64,000 nucleotides of DNA, taken from an uncultured Acidimicrobiia bacterium. Lineage in GTDB: Bacteria; Actinomycetota; Acidimicrobiia; Acidimicrobiales; AC-14. Every line of letters starts with the position of its first letter. Position 1 is the first letter of the stretch. The stretch is taken from positions 130,255 to 194,254 of the forward strand of contig CAWIIV010000012.1 of the NCBI GenBank assembly GCA_963836205.1, written 5' to 3'. The notes under the pieces are model-generated. The model did not search any database. It was not told where the DNA came from and saw only the letters and a program-made list of their open reading frames with translations. Below, piece by piece: positions 50,593 to 61,533 of this stretch. The position numbers were made by a program, and so were the translations under genes.

Positions 50593-51981
50593 CTATGGCA
50601 GCGGCGTCGGCTTCATACGGGGCAGGTCGACGTCGATGCAGGCAACCGTACGGGGGTTGCCGCCGGCCAGGGCCACCATGCGGGCCGCGGCCTCGCTCAG
50701 GCGGCGTTCCGACAGCTTGCCCGCGGCCACCGCGTCGACCAGCCCGTCCCGCATCTCCTCGGCGAAGAAGCCATCGGTGACGAGCAGCCCGTCGGCGCCG
50801 GCGGCGATGGCCATGGGGGCGGCGTCGTAGAAGCCCCACGTGAGGTTGACGGCGCCCATGCCCAGGGAGTCGGTGATGGCGACGCCGTTGAACCCGAGGT
50901 CACGGAGCAGGGCGTAGGCCTTGGGCGAGAGGCTGGCCGGGAGGTTGCGGTCGAGGGCGCTGTAGCGGATGTGGTTCATCATCACGACAGGGATGCCCGC
51001 CCGCACCAGGTCGCGGAAGGGGCGCACGTCGGTGAGCCGCAGGAGGTCGAGGGGCGTGGTGATGGGCGCCGCCTCCTCGAAGTGGATGTCGTCGGTGGAG
51101 CGGCCCTGGCCGGGGAAGTGCTTGGCCACCGGCCGCACGCCCCCGTCGGTCATGCCCTGGGCGAAGGCGAGGGCGTACTCGGAGGCGATGGCGGGGTCGG
51201 ACGAGAACGACCGGTCGCCGATGATCTCGTCGTAGGGTCCGTCGGTGAGGTCGGCGACGGGCGCCAGGTTGAGGTCGATCCCGAAGCGGGCCAGCTCCCG
51301 GGCCACCGTGTGGGCGTAGGTCCGCACCTCGGAGGCGGGTCCCTCGTCGGCCATGCGCCGGGCGGACGGGCTGGGCCCGAGGATGTCGCCCAGGCTCGAC
51401 ACCCGGCCGGGCTCCTCGTCGACGCTGACCACGATCGGCCGCCCGGCCAAGGCCCGGATACCCCGGACCAGGCGGGTCAGCTGGGACTCGGACTCCACGT
51501 TCCCCGGGTTCAGGAAGATCCCGCCCACGCCTATGTCGAGCACCTTTTTGATGATCGGATCGGAGGGTTCCTTGACGTCGGGGATGCCGACGATCAGGGT
51601 TCGGGCCGCCCGCTGGGCCAGGGAGACGGGGGTGCAGCCCGGGATGGGGGCGGCCGGGGCGACCGCCGCCGGGGTGGGCGTCGTGGTGGCCGGCGTACCG
51701 GTCGGCGAGGCGCCGCCGCGGCCGGTCATGGTGGTCGGTGTGGCGGTCGACGAGGCGCCGCTGCCGGCGGTGATGGTGGACGCCGACCCGGCGAGGGTCG
51801 GGCCGGGGGCGATCGGACTCAGGCCGGCGGCGGGGGCGAGCGCGGCGACACCGCTGGCGGCGAGCTCGGTGCCGGGCCCGTCGGTCGATGCAGGGGTGGT
51901 GATCCACACCACCAGGCCGGTGAGGGCGATGCCGACGAGGGCCAGCACGACCAGCACCCGTGCCCGTGTCCGGTCGTGCAC
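50593..51981 (-). CDS. GH3 beta-N-acetylhexosaminidase (NagZ-like), membrane-anchored
   Basis: VDEEPGRV, APVAD, RSFS, KHFPGQG..DDIH, ITDSL; start uncertain. Confidence 0.88.
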   Translation of the reverse strand: MHDRTRARVLVVLALVGIALTGLVVWITTPASTDGPGTELAASGVAALAPAAGLSPIAPGPTLAGSASTITAGSGASSTATPTTMTGRGGASPTGTPATTTPTPAAVAPAAPIPGCTPVSLAQRAARTLIVGIPDVKEPSDPIIKKVLDIGVGGIFLNPGNVESESQLTRLVRGIRALAGRPIVVSVDEEPGRVSSLGDILGPSPSARRMADEGPASEVRTYAHTVARELARFGIDLNLAPVADLTDGPYDEIIGDRSFSSDPAIASEYALAFAQGMTDGGVRPVAKHFPGQGRSTDDIHFEEAAPITTPLDLLRLTDVRPFRDLVRAGIPVVMMNHIRYSALDRNLPASLSPKAYALLRDLGFNGVAITDSLGMGAVNLTWGFYDAAPMAIAAGADGLLVTDGFFAEEMRDGLVDAVAAGKLSERRLSEAAARMVALAGGNPRTVACIDVDLPRMKPTPLP

Positions 51982-52024
51982 AGGGCGGGACGCTACACGC
52001 GCCGATCCTTGGTCGGGGGATGGG

Positions 52025-52768
52025 TCAGGAGGCGGTGCCCGACTCTTCGAGCGCCAACCGAAGGGATTCCAACTCGGTGACCACGCCGTCGATGTCGGCC
52101 CCCAGGGGTTGGAGGGCGTCGATGTCGGCCGGTCCGAGGGAGAGCTCGACTGCCCGGGCCACCGTCTCGTTGAGCTGGGCGTTGAGCCGCCGGAGCCGGT
52201 CGAGGGCATCCCGGGCCACCGCCGCTACCCGGCGGGCCGATTCCAACTGACGGCGGAGGGCAGCCACCGTCGCCTCCAACTCGGGCCGTCCCGGGGACTG
52301 GGCCAGTTCGTCCTCCCGGGCCCCCAGCTCGGCCGCGATCGAGTCGGCATCGAGCTCGCGGACGGCGGCGTCGAGGCTGTCGCCCCGCTGGGCGATCTTC
52401 CACGAGGCGTCGACGGCCACGCTGACCTGGGCTGATACCTCCGACAGCCGGTCCCGAAGGGGCCCGTGGCGGGTGTGACGGACGGTCTCGTTGAAGCGGT
52501 CCTCGGCCTTGACCGCCTGGCGGACGAGGGATCGCCAGGGCTCCCGAATGGTGGCCGGGTTCATGTCCGGCCGCCTTTCCTTGCGGGGGATGGACATGAA
52601 CGCCTTGCCCGCCCACGCCGCCGCCCCGAAGGCTGCCGCCACCGCCAACGGCGCCCCGGCCAGGATGGCGGCCGCCGTCCCCGCCCCCGCCAGGAGGATG
52701 CTGGACGGCGCCATGATCGCCCGCGCCACCGCCGGCGTGCGGGCCCGCTCCGGCAGCCGTTCGAGCAT
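52025..52768 (-). CDS. Hypothetical protein with N-terminal TM hairpin and coiled coil
   Basis: Hydrophobic N-terminus and heptad-rich C-terminus; coding-like composition. Confidence 0.7.
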   Translation of the reverse strand: MLERLPERARTPAVARAIMAPSSILLAGAGTAAAILAGAPLAVAAAFGAAAWAGKAFMSIPRKERRPDMNPATIREPWRSLVRQAVKAEDRFNETVRHTRHGPLRDRLSEVSAQVSVAVDASWKIAQRGDSLDAAVRELDADSIAAELGAREDELAQSPGRPELEATVAALRRQLESARRVAAVARDALDRLRRLNAQLNETVARAVELSLGPADIDALQPLGADIDGVVTELESLRLALEESGTAS

Positions 52769-52882
52769 CCCGCCATTCTGACCTCCGCGCCGATTGGTCG
52801 TCGTAGAAACGTCGCCGATCGTCGTGATGGGTGACCGGGGCCGCCGCTCTCATGGGACTCTCGCCAGCCGACGAGCCATCCT

Positions 52883-54600
52883 TTGCGTGTGGCGACCCCA
52901 CGGAGGATCTCACCCCCCAGGCCGCGGTGGGGCTCGATCGCGCAGACCCGACCAGGGCGGGACACAGCCCGGGGGGACCTCATGGCCGCGCTGGCAGTGT
53001 CCGCCTACCTCGTGCCCCAGTGCATGGCCTACGCCCGGCTTGCCGGGCTGGAGCCGGTGACCGGCCTGTGGGCCGCGATTCCCGGCCTTCTGGCCTACGC
53101 CGCGTTGGGCACGAGCTCGCGGCTATCGGTCGGCCCCGAGAGCGCGTCGGCACTGCTCGCCGGTTCCGCGGTCGCGACGCTCGTCGGCGGTGGCGGCACC
53201 TCCGACGCTGCGGCCGTGGCCGCGGCACTGGCAGTGGCGGTCGGGATGGTGTCTCTCGTGGCCTGGGCCGCCCGCCTCGGCTTCCTCGCCGACCTGCTGT
53301 CGAAGCCGGTGCTGGTCGGCTACATGGCCGGAGTGGCGGTCATCATGATCGTCAGCCAGCTCCCGAACCTCACCGGCATCGCCTCCGACAGCCGCGAGAC
53401 CCTCCCGCGGGTGGGGGACATCCTCGGCCGGCTCGGTGAGCTGCGTCTGGCGCCGGTGCTGATCGGTGCCGGGGTGGTCGCGGCCCTGGTCGTGCTGCAG
53501 CGGTGGAAGCGCCTACCGGGGCCGCTGCTCGTGGTGTTGGTGGCGACCGTCGCCACCAACGTGCTCGGGTTGGAGAGCCGTGGGGTCGCCACCGTCGGAG
53601 CCGTCCCGGCCGGGTTGCCTGCCCTCGCGTTCCCCTCGGTGCCGGCTTCGCTGTGGCCGGCGATCTTTGCGGCGGCCGTCGGCATCGTCGTCGTGGTCTT
53701 CAGCGACACGATTCTCACGGCGCGAGCGTTCGCGAGGCGTAGCGGGGACACAATCGACGCCAACCAGGATCTCCTTGCCCTTGCCGGCGCCAACGCCGCC
53801 GCCGGCCTCGTCGGCGGGCTCCCCGTCTCGTCCTCCGGCAGCAGGACAGCGATCGTCGACGCCGCCGGAGGGACGAGCCAGCTCGTCAGCATCTTCGCCG
53901 CCGGGTGCGTCGCCGCGGTGCTGCTCGTGGCCGGTCCGGTGCTCGAGTCGTTCCCGCTCGCCGCGCTCGGCGGCCTCATCGTCTACGCCGCGGCGCGCTC
54001 GTCGAAGTCGCGGAGATGCGCCGGGTCGCGGCCTTCCGGCGCGGCGAGGCGGTCGTCATGGCCGCCGCGTTTGTCGGGGTCGTCGTCTTCGACGTGCTCC
54101 CAGGTATCGGGATCGCCGTCGCGCTGAGCGTCGCCGAGCTGTTCGCCCGCATCGCCCGGGCCCACGACGCGGTCGAGGGCGAGGTGCCCGGGCTCGCCGG
54201 ACTTCACGACGTCGACGACTACGAGTCTGCCCGGACCGTGCCTGGCCTGGTGGTATATCGGTATGACGCGCCGCTGTGCTTCGCCAACGCGCAGGACTTC
54301 CGCCTCCGGGTGCTCGAGGCCGTCGGCGCCGAGTCGACGCCGGTGGAGTGGGTCCTGCTCAACATGGAGGCCAACGTCGAGATCGACATCACCGCCACCG
54401 ACATGCTCGAGCGGCTCCGGGCCGAGCTGGCATTGGCGGGCACCGTTCTAGCCCTGGTTCGGGTGAAGAACGACCTGCTGCTCTACCTCGATCGCGCCCG
54501 ACTGGTTTCACGCATCGGCCCCGCCCGCATCTTCTTCACGCTCCCGACGGCTCTCGACGCGTTCCGGCACCGGAACGACGACGCCCCACCGGAGCCGTGA
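52883..54600 (+). CDS. SulP-family anion transporter with STAS domain (frameshift near 53997)
   Basis: LVPQCMAYA.LAG, LSVGP, DANQDL.AL, SSSGSRT; second frame VYRYDAPLCFANA, IDITA. Confidence 0.88.
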
Positions 54601-54990
54601 CCCATGGCCAGGTGGTCGTGTCGACAGTCGGAAGGTGATCGTCGCCCTTGGCGCAGCAGCGCGGGGAGAGGACGTTCTCCAGGCACTGGCGCTCCCGACG
54701 ACGCCGGCGCGATCCACGCTCCGAAGCCATGCGGAGCCGCGTCGTGGTCGAGAACGACATCGGCGAAGCGTCGACACCGAACGGCCGAACTGGAGGGCGG
54801 CCGGCAGCTGGCAGGTCGTATCGGTCGCGGGCGTACGACCCGCCCGGGCCCACCGCTGTTATCGGATGGAAACGCCCGGCGCCTAACCGCCCCTCCCGGC
54901 ACTCATGCCGGTGATCCTGTCAAGTATCGGCGGGATATGCCGGTGATCGGCCGGGCCGTTGGCGACCCGGCCGACCGGTGTCGTAGGAGG

Positions 54991-56244
54991 TCAGGCGGTG
55001 TCTCGGTCGAGCTCGCCCAGGAGCTTGTCGAACAACTCGACGCGCTGCACTGGTCGTGGTCGCGGGCGTGGTCTCGCTGGCGCTGGATCGTGGGGCGGAA
55101 CTCTATGGTGGCCTGGAAGAAGCCGCATCCCTCGCAGACGGACTCGAACGAGCAGTCGAGCTCGGCCGGCCGGGTGCACCAGCCGTTGGCCAGCATGCGC
55201 CGGTGCTCGTTGCGCAGGCGACGCATGGCCGGCGTCTCCTGGCCGGCGTCTGCGTAGAGGGCCTCCACCCGCTCGCTGATGGCGTGGTACTCGACGGTGG
55301 TGTTGGCGATGCGGGCGTAGACCATCGTCATGCGCAGGCTGCGGTGACCGAGCAAGGGCTATGGCCTCCAGCCGCATCCCCCGATTGACGGCCTGGGTGG
55401 CGAGCGTGTGACGCAGCTGGTGGGGATGCACGTGACCGATGCCGGCGGCCTTGGCCACCCGTCGCAACATCCGGGTCACCACGTGTCGGTTGAGGGGCCG
55501 GCCGCAGTTGGTGAGCAACAGGCCGCCGCTTCCGCCGTCGTGGCTCTTCGACCAGGCGGCGAGGGACTCGACGAGGTGGGGCCGCAAGGGGACATAGCGG
55601 TCGTTGTGCAGCTTGCCCAGCGGCACGCGCAACCAGTGGGCCTCTCCCATGAGGACCACCGCGTCGGCCTCCAGGGCGCACAGCTCGCCGACGCGCAGGC
55701 CGGTGTAGGCCAGCAGCTCGATCACCAGGCGCCGCAGCGGTGACGGGTCGTCCGCCGCCGCCCGCAGCAGCCGGGTGGCGGCGGCGTCGTCGAGGAAGCG
55801 GGGCAGGGGCTCGTCGGCCACCGGCAGGTCGGCGCCGAAGATCGGGGTGCGGGCCGGGGCGTCGGGCCAGTCCCACTCGATGATGCGGTCGAAGAACGTG
55901 CGCAGCATGCCCAGGCGCTGGCGGATGGTGTTGGCCGACAGGGGAGCTCGACGAGGGGTGCGGCAGAGGAGCAGCCAACGCTTGAAACCCTCGATCTCGA
56001 CGCGGCCGACAGCAGCGAAGCGATCCGTCGCCGGGTGGTGCCCGAGTAGGTAGTTGCAGAAGATGCGCAACGTGGAGTCGGCCACGACCACGCTGCCCGG
56101 CCGCAGCGACAGGGCGATCTGGTCCAGGTAGCGCCGGGCGGTGCCGGCCAGCTGTGGCGCCTGGCCCACGATGACGGCCCACTCCCGCTCGCTGGAGGAA
56201 GGGACCACGCCAGCGGCGACCAGGGCGGGCGCGGGGGCGCTCAC
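54991..56244 (-). pseudogene. Tyrosine recombinase B with C-terminal Cys cluster (frameshifted)
   Basis: TGLRVGEL, GKLHNDRYVPL, HPHQLRHT, LGHRSLRMTMVYAR, NGWC....C....CEGC; frameshifts near 55357 and 55048. Confidence 0.85.
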
Positions 56245-57276
56245 TTCGCCGCCGCCTGGGGGAGCTGCCGGCCGGCCTCGATCAGCTCGGCCGCCCGCTG
56301 GTACTCGCCCGCCAGCCAGTCGTTGGCCAGGTGCAGGTAGATCCGGGTCGACTCGATAGAGCGGTGGCCGGCCTGGGCCTGCACCGCCTCCAAGGCCATC
56401 CCCGCCTCCCGCAGCCGGGTCAGGCACGTATGGCGCAGCTCGTGACAGCTGGCGTGAGCCAGGCCCGCCCGCTGGCGAGCGGCTCGCATGACCTGATCGA
56501 GGCCGTCGTCGCTCAAGGGCTGGCCCCGGCGTGGTCCCTTCAGCGCCACAAACACCCTCTCGGTATCGGCCGAGGTCGGGCGCTCGTCGGCCAGGTAGAT
56601 GGCGAGGCTGCGGAAGAAGCGCGCGGAGATGGGGATCAGCCGCTGATGCCCGCCTTGCCCGCGGCCACGAACAGCCGGCCCTCGCCCGGTCGCAGGTCCT
56701 CGAAACGCAGCCCGAGCACCTCGCAGCGCCGAAGGCCCCCCAGCACCATGGCCTCGACCATGGCCCGGTCCCGCCACCGCCGCAGGGCGGCGACGAGGGC
56801 GTCCACCTCGGCCGGCTCGAGGATCTTGGGCAGGGTCCGGGGCGTGCGGATGAGCGGTGTCCCCCGGCCCTGGCGGCGAGCCCGGCGGGTGGCCAGGCCT
56901 CGGGGCACGGGATTGGCCGTCATCTCGCCCACCATGACCAAGTAGGCGAACAGACCGACACGCTCGACAGCCGCCGCTTGATGGTGCGCGCCGACAGGCC
57001 CGACTCGCCGTCGGCCAGGCGCACGACCCGGCCGTCGCCCCGGGGCCGGCGCTGGCTGGTGATGAACGCCAGCACGTCGGCGGTGGTGACCTGGGCCGGC
57101 TCCTTGTCCACGGTGGCGAAGAAGATCCGCAGGTCCGACACCGTGGCCAGCACGGTGTTGCGCAGCGTGCGGGCCGCCACGAACTCCAGGTACCGGTCGA
57201 GCAGAGGATCGCCCGTCATCGGTGGTGGGCCACCGACTCCGCGGGCACCAATCAGGCAAGGGTCTCGGAAGGTCAT
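56241..57276 (-). pseudogene. Tyrosine recombinase A (frameshifted)
   Basis: LSARTIKRRLSSV, LPKIL, GLRRCEVL, HELRHT, AGHRSIESTRIY; frameshifts near 56955 and 56650. Confidence 0.85.
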
Positions 57277-57488
57277 CAGGTTGCTCCTCTCAGCTGTACG
57301 GCCCGTCGGAGTGACGAGCAGTGAAAAGCTTTAAGGATCACCGGCATATCTACACGTGTGCGCTACCTCGCACGGTCTGTGACGATGAGCGTATCGGACG
57401 AGTCACTCGCCAGGGAACGCCGGAAGTCGGGCGCGCGTTCTCGTCTTCCTGACGAGTCGGGAGGCGTGACTTTGAGGGCCATCTTCGC

Positions 57489-57633
57489 TGGCAGGGCCTC
57501 GATCTCCTTCGAGGCAACGGCGCCCAGCGACGTCACCGTGGAGCTCCTTGCGCAGACGGATCGTCGACGCTGCCTTGTGCGGCTTGGCGATCCGATCACC
57601 TCGTCTCCCGCGTGCTCCAGGCGTAGAGCCTGA
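57489..57633 (+). pseudogene. 3' remnant of a paralog of the TM protein at 61534-62292
   Basis: SISFEATAPSDVTVELLAQTDRRRCLVRLGD..SSPACSRRRA matches the C-terminus of the 61534-62292 protein. Confidence 0.85.
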
Positions 57634-57645
57634 CGGCGGGGCGCG

Positions 57646-60600
57646 TCAGCCCTGTTGGAGTCGGGCGATGAGGGCGCGGGCCCTCTCGGCCTGTTGCTCG
57701 GCGCCCCCGCCGTAGGACTCGAAGTCGGCGAGGGCGGCCTGGGCGAAGAGGAGAGCGTCGGCGGGTCGGTCGTTGGCGAGCATGGTGGCGATGTTGAACC
57801 GCGTTACGCCGGCTCCGAAGCGGTTGCCCATCGCTATCTTGTGCTTGATCGATCGCTGGTAGTGGTCGAAGGCGCGGGGGACGTCACCGGCGCGGTCGTA
57901 GACGATGCCGAGTTGGCCGTGGGTGACAGCCAGGTCGGCGACGTCGTCGGCGGGGAACAGGGGCAGGGCCTCCTGGTAGCGACGGGCCGCGTCGTTGAGG
58001 TGACGGACGAGGACCTCCACCGGCTCGCGAGCCTTGACGGCGTCGTAGAACCGCTCCAGGGCGACGCCACCCAGCTGGCCCAATGATCGGGCCCGGTGGA
58101 TCGGGGCCTTGTCGCCAACCAGCTCCAGGCTGTGCTGATACCAGTGCTCGGCTTGGTCGAGGTCCCGCAGGGCCGGGATGACCTGGTAGGCGGCGCCCAG
58201 GTTGAAGGCGTCGACCGACTCGGCGATGTTGTCGCCGATGCCGGCGGCGAGGGCCATGGCCTCCCGGTAGTGCTCGGCGCAGCCGGGGTCGCCCTGCTCG
58301 CGCAGGATCTGCCCGAGCGCCTGAGCCGACACGCCCAGGTTGCGGATCCGGTTGCGCTGGTCGCGGGTGCGCCGCGCCGCCGGGGTGGCCAGGGCGTCGG
58401 CCGCCCGGTGGCGGTCGACCGCCACCTGGGCTCGCTGGAGGCGCTCGGCTGCGGCCCAGCCCCGCTCGGCCCGGGCCAGGCGGACCCGATACTGGGTGAG
58501 GATGCCCCACGCCTCATCCCGCCCGGGCCGGGGACCGTCGCCGCCGGCCTCGACGTAGAGGCCGGAGGCGCCCTCCACCAGGCGGGCCCACTCGCCAGCG
58601 CGGCCCTGGTGGTTATAGAGGACGTGCAGGCCCTGCATGGTCCCGATGGCCTCGGCCCACCAATCGCCGGCCACGGCCAGGCGCCGGGCGTGGAGCAGGT
58701 TGGCCTCCTCGGCTTCGAGGACGCCGACCACCTGGTGGCGGCCTTCCTCGTAGGCGCGGTTGTAGTAGGTCCCGAGTCCGCCCATGGCCGCGGCGTAGGC
58801 CCGGGATGGCCCCGGTGCCCCCGCCGTGTCGGCCTCGCCCCAGGCCTCGGCCAGGGCGGGGGCCAAGAACCAGGGCAGGGCCGGGTGGAGCCGGTAGTAG
58901 CCGCCGCCGGCCGGGCTGAGCAGGCCGGCCTCGGCGGCCCGGTCGAGCAGTCCCACCCACTCCTTTTTGCCGAGGCCCCCGAGGCCGGCCAGGTGCTGGG
59001 CCGTGGAGGGGTCGCCCATGGCCACCAGGGCGTCGGCGTCCACGAAGCCCTGGAACAGCCCGAGCAGGGCGAGGCGGGCCTGGTCGGGGGGGCCGAAGGC
59101 GTCGGTGAAGCCGTAGCGCAGCGACGCGCCCAGCGAGCGTGATCGCCCCTCGGCCTGGGCGTGGTCCTCCAGGTCCTGGCCGGCCCGCAGGCGGGCCACG
59201 AAGGCCTCGATGCCGGCGCTGGTGGCCAGACCCTGGCGCAGCGCCTGGCTCACCACCATGGTGGTGGTGAGGGGGTTGCCCTCGGCGTAGCGCAACAGGG
59301 GCCGCCAGTCCTCCAGCTCCCCCAGGCGCCGCCCGTGGCGGTCGGCCACCGCCCGGGCCAGCTCCACCCGCTCGCGCATGGGCATGGGGGCCAGCTCGAC
59401 CCGGCTGGCCAGCACCCCGAGCCACTCGTGCTCGGGGCGCCGGGAGGTGAGCAGCACCCGGGCCTTGGTGGCCCGCACCTGGCCCAGGAAGGCGCGCAGC
59501 TGGCCCTGCTCGTCGGCCGTCCACGCCGAGGCGGCACCGGGGGGAAACCCGGCCACGCCCTCGACGTTGTCCCACACCCACAGCAGCCGGGCCCGGCCCA
59601 GCAGCTGCAGGGCGACGTTGCGCTGCTCGGGCTCCGACAGCGCCGACCAGTGGATGTCGTTGGCGCCCAGGACGCCAGCGAACACGTCGGCCACCTGATC
59701 GAGCAGGCGGGGCAGGGTGATGGGGCGTTCGAAGCTGCTCCACAGCACCGCATCGGCCCCGCCGGTGCGCCAGTACCAGCGGGCGAACTCGGCGGCGGTG
59801 GCCGTCTTGCCCGCCCCCGCCAGCGCCCACAGCACCACCACCTGGTGGTCGTCGAAGGCCCGGTCGAGGCCGAGCAGGGTCTCGTCGCGCCCGAAGAACC
59901 CGACGTCGGGGGCGTCGGGGACCCGGCCCGGGACCGCCTCGGCGCCAGGGTCGAGGACCACTCGCTCGGCCTCGCCGGGGGCGAACAGGCGACGCGGGGC
60001 CGCCTCATAGGCGACGGGCACCACCCAGTCCTGCAGGGGACGGGGGTCATAGGCGATGGAGCGCTGGGGGTCCTCGGCCAGGCCCTTGCGCCCCCGGGTG
60101 ACGGCCTCGCCCAGCTCGTGGCCCTCCAACAGCGCGGCGTAGAGGTCCTCGACGAAGGCGGCGGCGGTGACCACGTAGACGCTGTAGCGCATGGCCACCA
60201 CCCCCGGGACCCCGGCGTCGACCACCTCTTGGGCCAACGACCCGTAGGCGCGGACCCGGGCGTGGAGGTCCTCGGCCGCCTCGGGGTCGGCCTCGGGGGC
60301 GGTGGGGGCCTCGGCATGGGCCGAGCGACAGGCGTTGAGCACCAGCACCGACACCGCGGTGTTGGCCAACAGCTTGCCGAGGGCGGGGCCGTCGACGTAC
60401 TGGACCTTGGCCTCGGCGCCGGGGTCCTCGAAGGCCAAGTAGCCATGCGCCCCGGCCCGCACGGGAGACAGCATCGAGTAGCGCTGCGCGTCGTGGTGGC
60501 CGTCCTGCGGCTCGCCTCCCGACAGATCGGCCCAGGTGCCGTGGCCGTCGAAGTGCACGACGTGGTAGGGCCGGCCCGCCTCCTTCGCCGCCTGGAGCCG

Positions 60601-61218
60601 GGCCGCCATGGCCGCGTAGGTGGGCGGGCGCAGCACGTCGAGGTCGAACGCCGGCAGGCTGCGGCCCAACTCGACCAGGTGGCGGGCCACCGAACGGAAC
60701 GGCACGTCGCCTCGGCCCCCCGGCCGACAGATCACCAACAGCACCCGCAGCTGCGCCCCGGCGGGCGACAGGTCCGGTCGGCGGGCGGGCTGGTCGTGGG
60801 CCCGCACGAAGGACCGGGCCCCGAGGGCTACCGCCTGGTCGGTGCGGGGGTCCCGCAACAGCTCCCAGGGCAGGGACGCATCACCCGGGTCGGCCGCCAC
60901 CTCCACCCTGGTCTCGCCCAGGCGAGGGCGCACCCGGGCCCACAGCTCGGCCGCCTCGCCGGCGAAGACCGATCCGAACAACCTCGTTCCCAGCTCGCCC
61001 AGCCTCGCCTCCGCCGCCGCCGCCAACGTGGGGGCGGGGTCGAGGGGGAACTCGAGGTAGTCCTCCAGGTACCAGCGCAACTGCTCCCGGTCGGCTGCGT
61101 CGAGGGGGAAGACGAAACGGCTCGATGCCCGCTCGACGACGCTGCCGTCGTCCAGCGAGACATCGACGGCATGGGCGTCACCAGCCTCGCTGCGGTGCAC
61201 GAGCCGCAGCGTCAGCAT
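57646..61218 (-). CDS. CHAT (caspase-like) protease plus STAND/NB-ARC-like NTPase plus TPR repeats (1190 aa)
   Basis: LPWELL, HVVHFDGHG and LNACRS catalytic dyad, VVAMRY, DWVVPV; FFGR, Walker A AGAGKT, Walker B VWDNVE, LLTSR, GNPL; C-terminal TPR-like repeats. Confidence 0.92.
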   Translation of the reverse strand: MLTLRLVHRSEAGDAHAVDVSLDDGSVVERASSRFVFPLDAADREQLRWYLEDYLEFPLDPAPTLAAAAEARLGELGTRLFGSVFAGEAAELWARVRPRLGETRVEVAADPGDASLPWELLRDPRTDQAVALGARSFVRAHDQPARRPDLSPAGAQLRVLLVICRPGGRGDVPFRSVARHLVELGRSLPAFDLDVLRPPTYAAMAARLQAAKEAGRPYHVVHFDGHGTWADLSGGEPQDGHHDAQRYSMLSPVRAGAHGYLAFEDPGAEAKVQYVDGPALGKLLANTAVSVLVLNACRSAHAEAPTAPEADPEAAEDLHARVRAYGSLAQEVVDAGVPGVVAMRYSVYVVTAAAFVEDLYAALLEGHELGEAVTRGRKGLAEDPQRSIAYDPRPLQDWVVPVAYEAAPRRLFAPGEAERVVLDPGAEAVPGRVPDAPDVGFFGRDETLLGLDRAFDDHQVVVLWALAGAGKTATAAEFARWYWRTGGADAVLWSSFERPITLPRLLDQVADVFAGVLGANDIHWSALSEPEQRNVALQLLGRARLLWVWDNVEGVAGFPPGAASAWTADEQGQLRAFLGQVRATKARVLLTSRRPEHEWLGVLASRVELAPMPMRERVELARAVADRHGRRLGELEDWRPLLRYAEGNPLTTTMVVSQALRQGLATSAGIEAFVARLRAGQDLEDHAQAEGRSRSLGASLRYGFTDAFGPPDQARLALLGLFQGFVDADALVAMGDPSTAQHLAGLGGLGKKEWVGLLDRAAEAGLLSPAGGGYYRLHPALPWFLAPALAEAWGEADTAGAPGPSRAYAAAMGGLGTYYNRAYEEGRHQVVGVLEAEEANLLHARRLAVAGDWWAEAIGTMQGLHVLYNHQGRAGEWARLVEGASGLYVEAGGDGPRPGRDEAWGILTQYRVRLARAERGWAAAERLQRAQVAVDRHRAADALATPAARRTRDQRNRIRNLGVSAQALGQILREQGDPGCAEHYREAMALAAGIGDNIAESVDAFNLGAAYQVIPALRDLDQAEHWYQHSLELVGDKAPIHRARSLGQLGGVALERFYDAVKAREPVEVLVRHLNDAARRYQEALPLFPADDVADLAVTHGQLGIVYDRAGDVPRAFDHYQRSIKHKIAMGNRFGAGVTRFNIATMLANDRPADALLFAQAALADFESYGGGAEQQAERARALIARLQQG

Positions 61219-61340
61219 CCCATCTACCCCCCGTTCCGCCCGTACCCGGAGGGTAGCGGGCGTTGGGGAAGAACGTCCGGGTCTGGGGTTTGCGGGCTAC
61301 CCTCAACCTCCGGGGGACAGCCGACAAGGCGAAAGAGCCA

Positions 61341-61532
61341 TTGGAGATCGAACCGGAGTCGTATCGCTGCGAAGCCCACGACGTCGACCTCACCGAGCTC
61401 GTCCGTGAAGCGCTCGATGAGAGCATCCCCGTTGCCTATGGCCGCCGCACGCGGTCGTTCGAGGTGATCATCACCTGCCCCGGCGGCGGTTCTGCGCACC
61501 GTGTGGTAGCCGCGGGGCGGCGGGTGGGCTGA
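61341..61532 (+). CDS. Small protein with CxxH and Cx6H motifs (putative metal binding)
   Basis: MEIEPESYRCEAHDVDLT...TCPGGGSAH; TTG after GAAAGAG (alternative start 61263); stop lies 1 nt before the next start. Confidence 0.65.
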   Translation: MEIEPESYRCEAHDVDLTELVREALDESIPVAYGRRTRSFEVIITCPGGGSAHRVVAAGRRVG

Positions 61533-61533
61533 G

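Larger units (their letters stand above)
54903..57350 (-). mobile_element. Two-tyrosine-recombinase element (Tn554/RIT-like) with terminal inverted motifs
   Basis: ATGCCGGTGATC twice at the left end (54905 and 54937) and inverted at 57334-57350; two overlapping integrase genes inside. Confidence 0.8.

Noticed and set aside
54601-54902. Several overlapping short ORFs between sulP and the recombinase element
   Set aside because: No frame shows convincing coding features.
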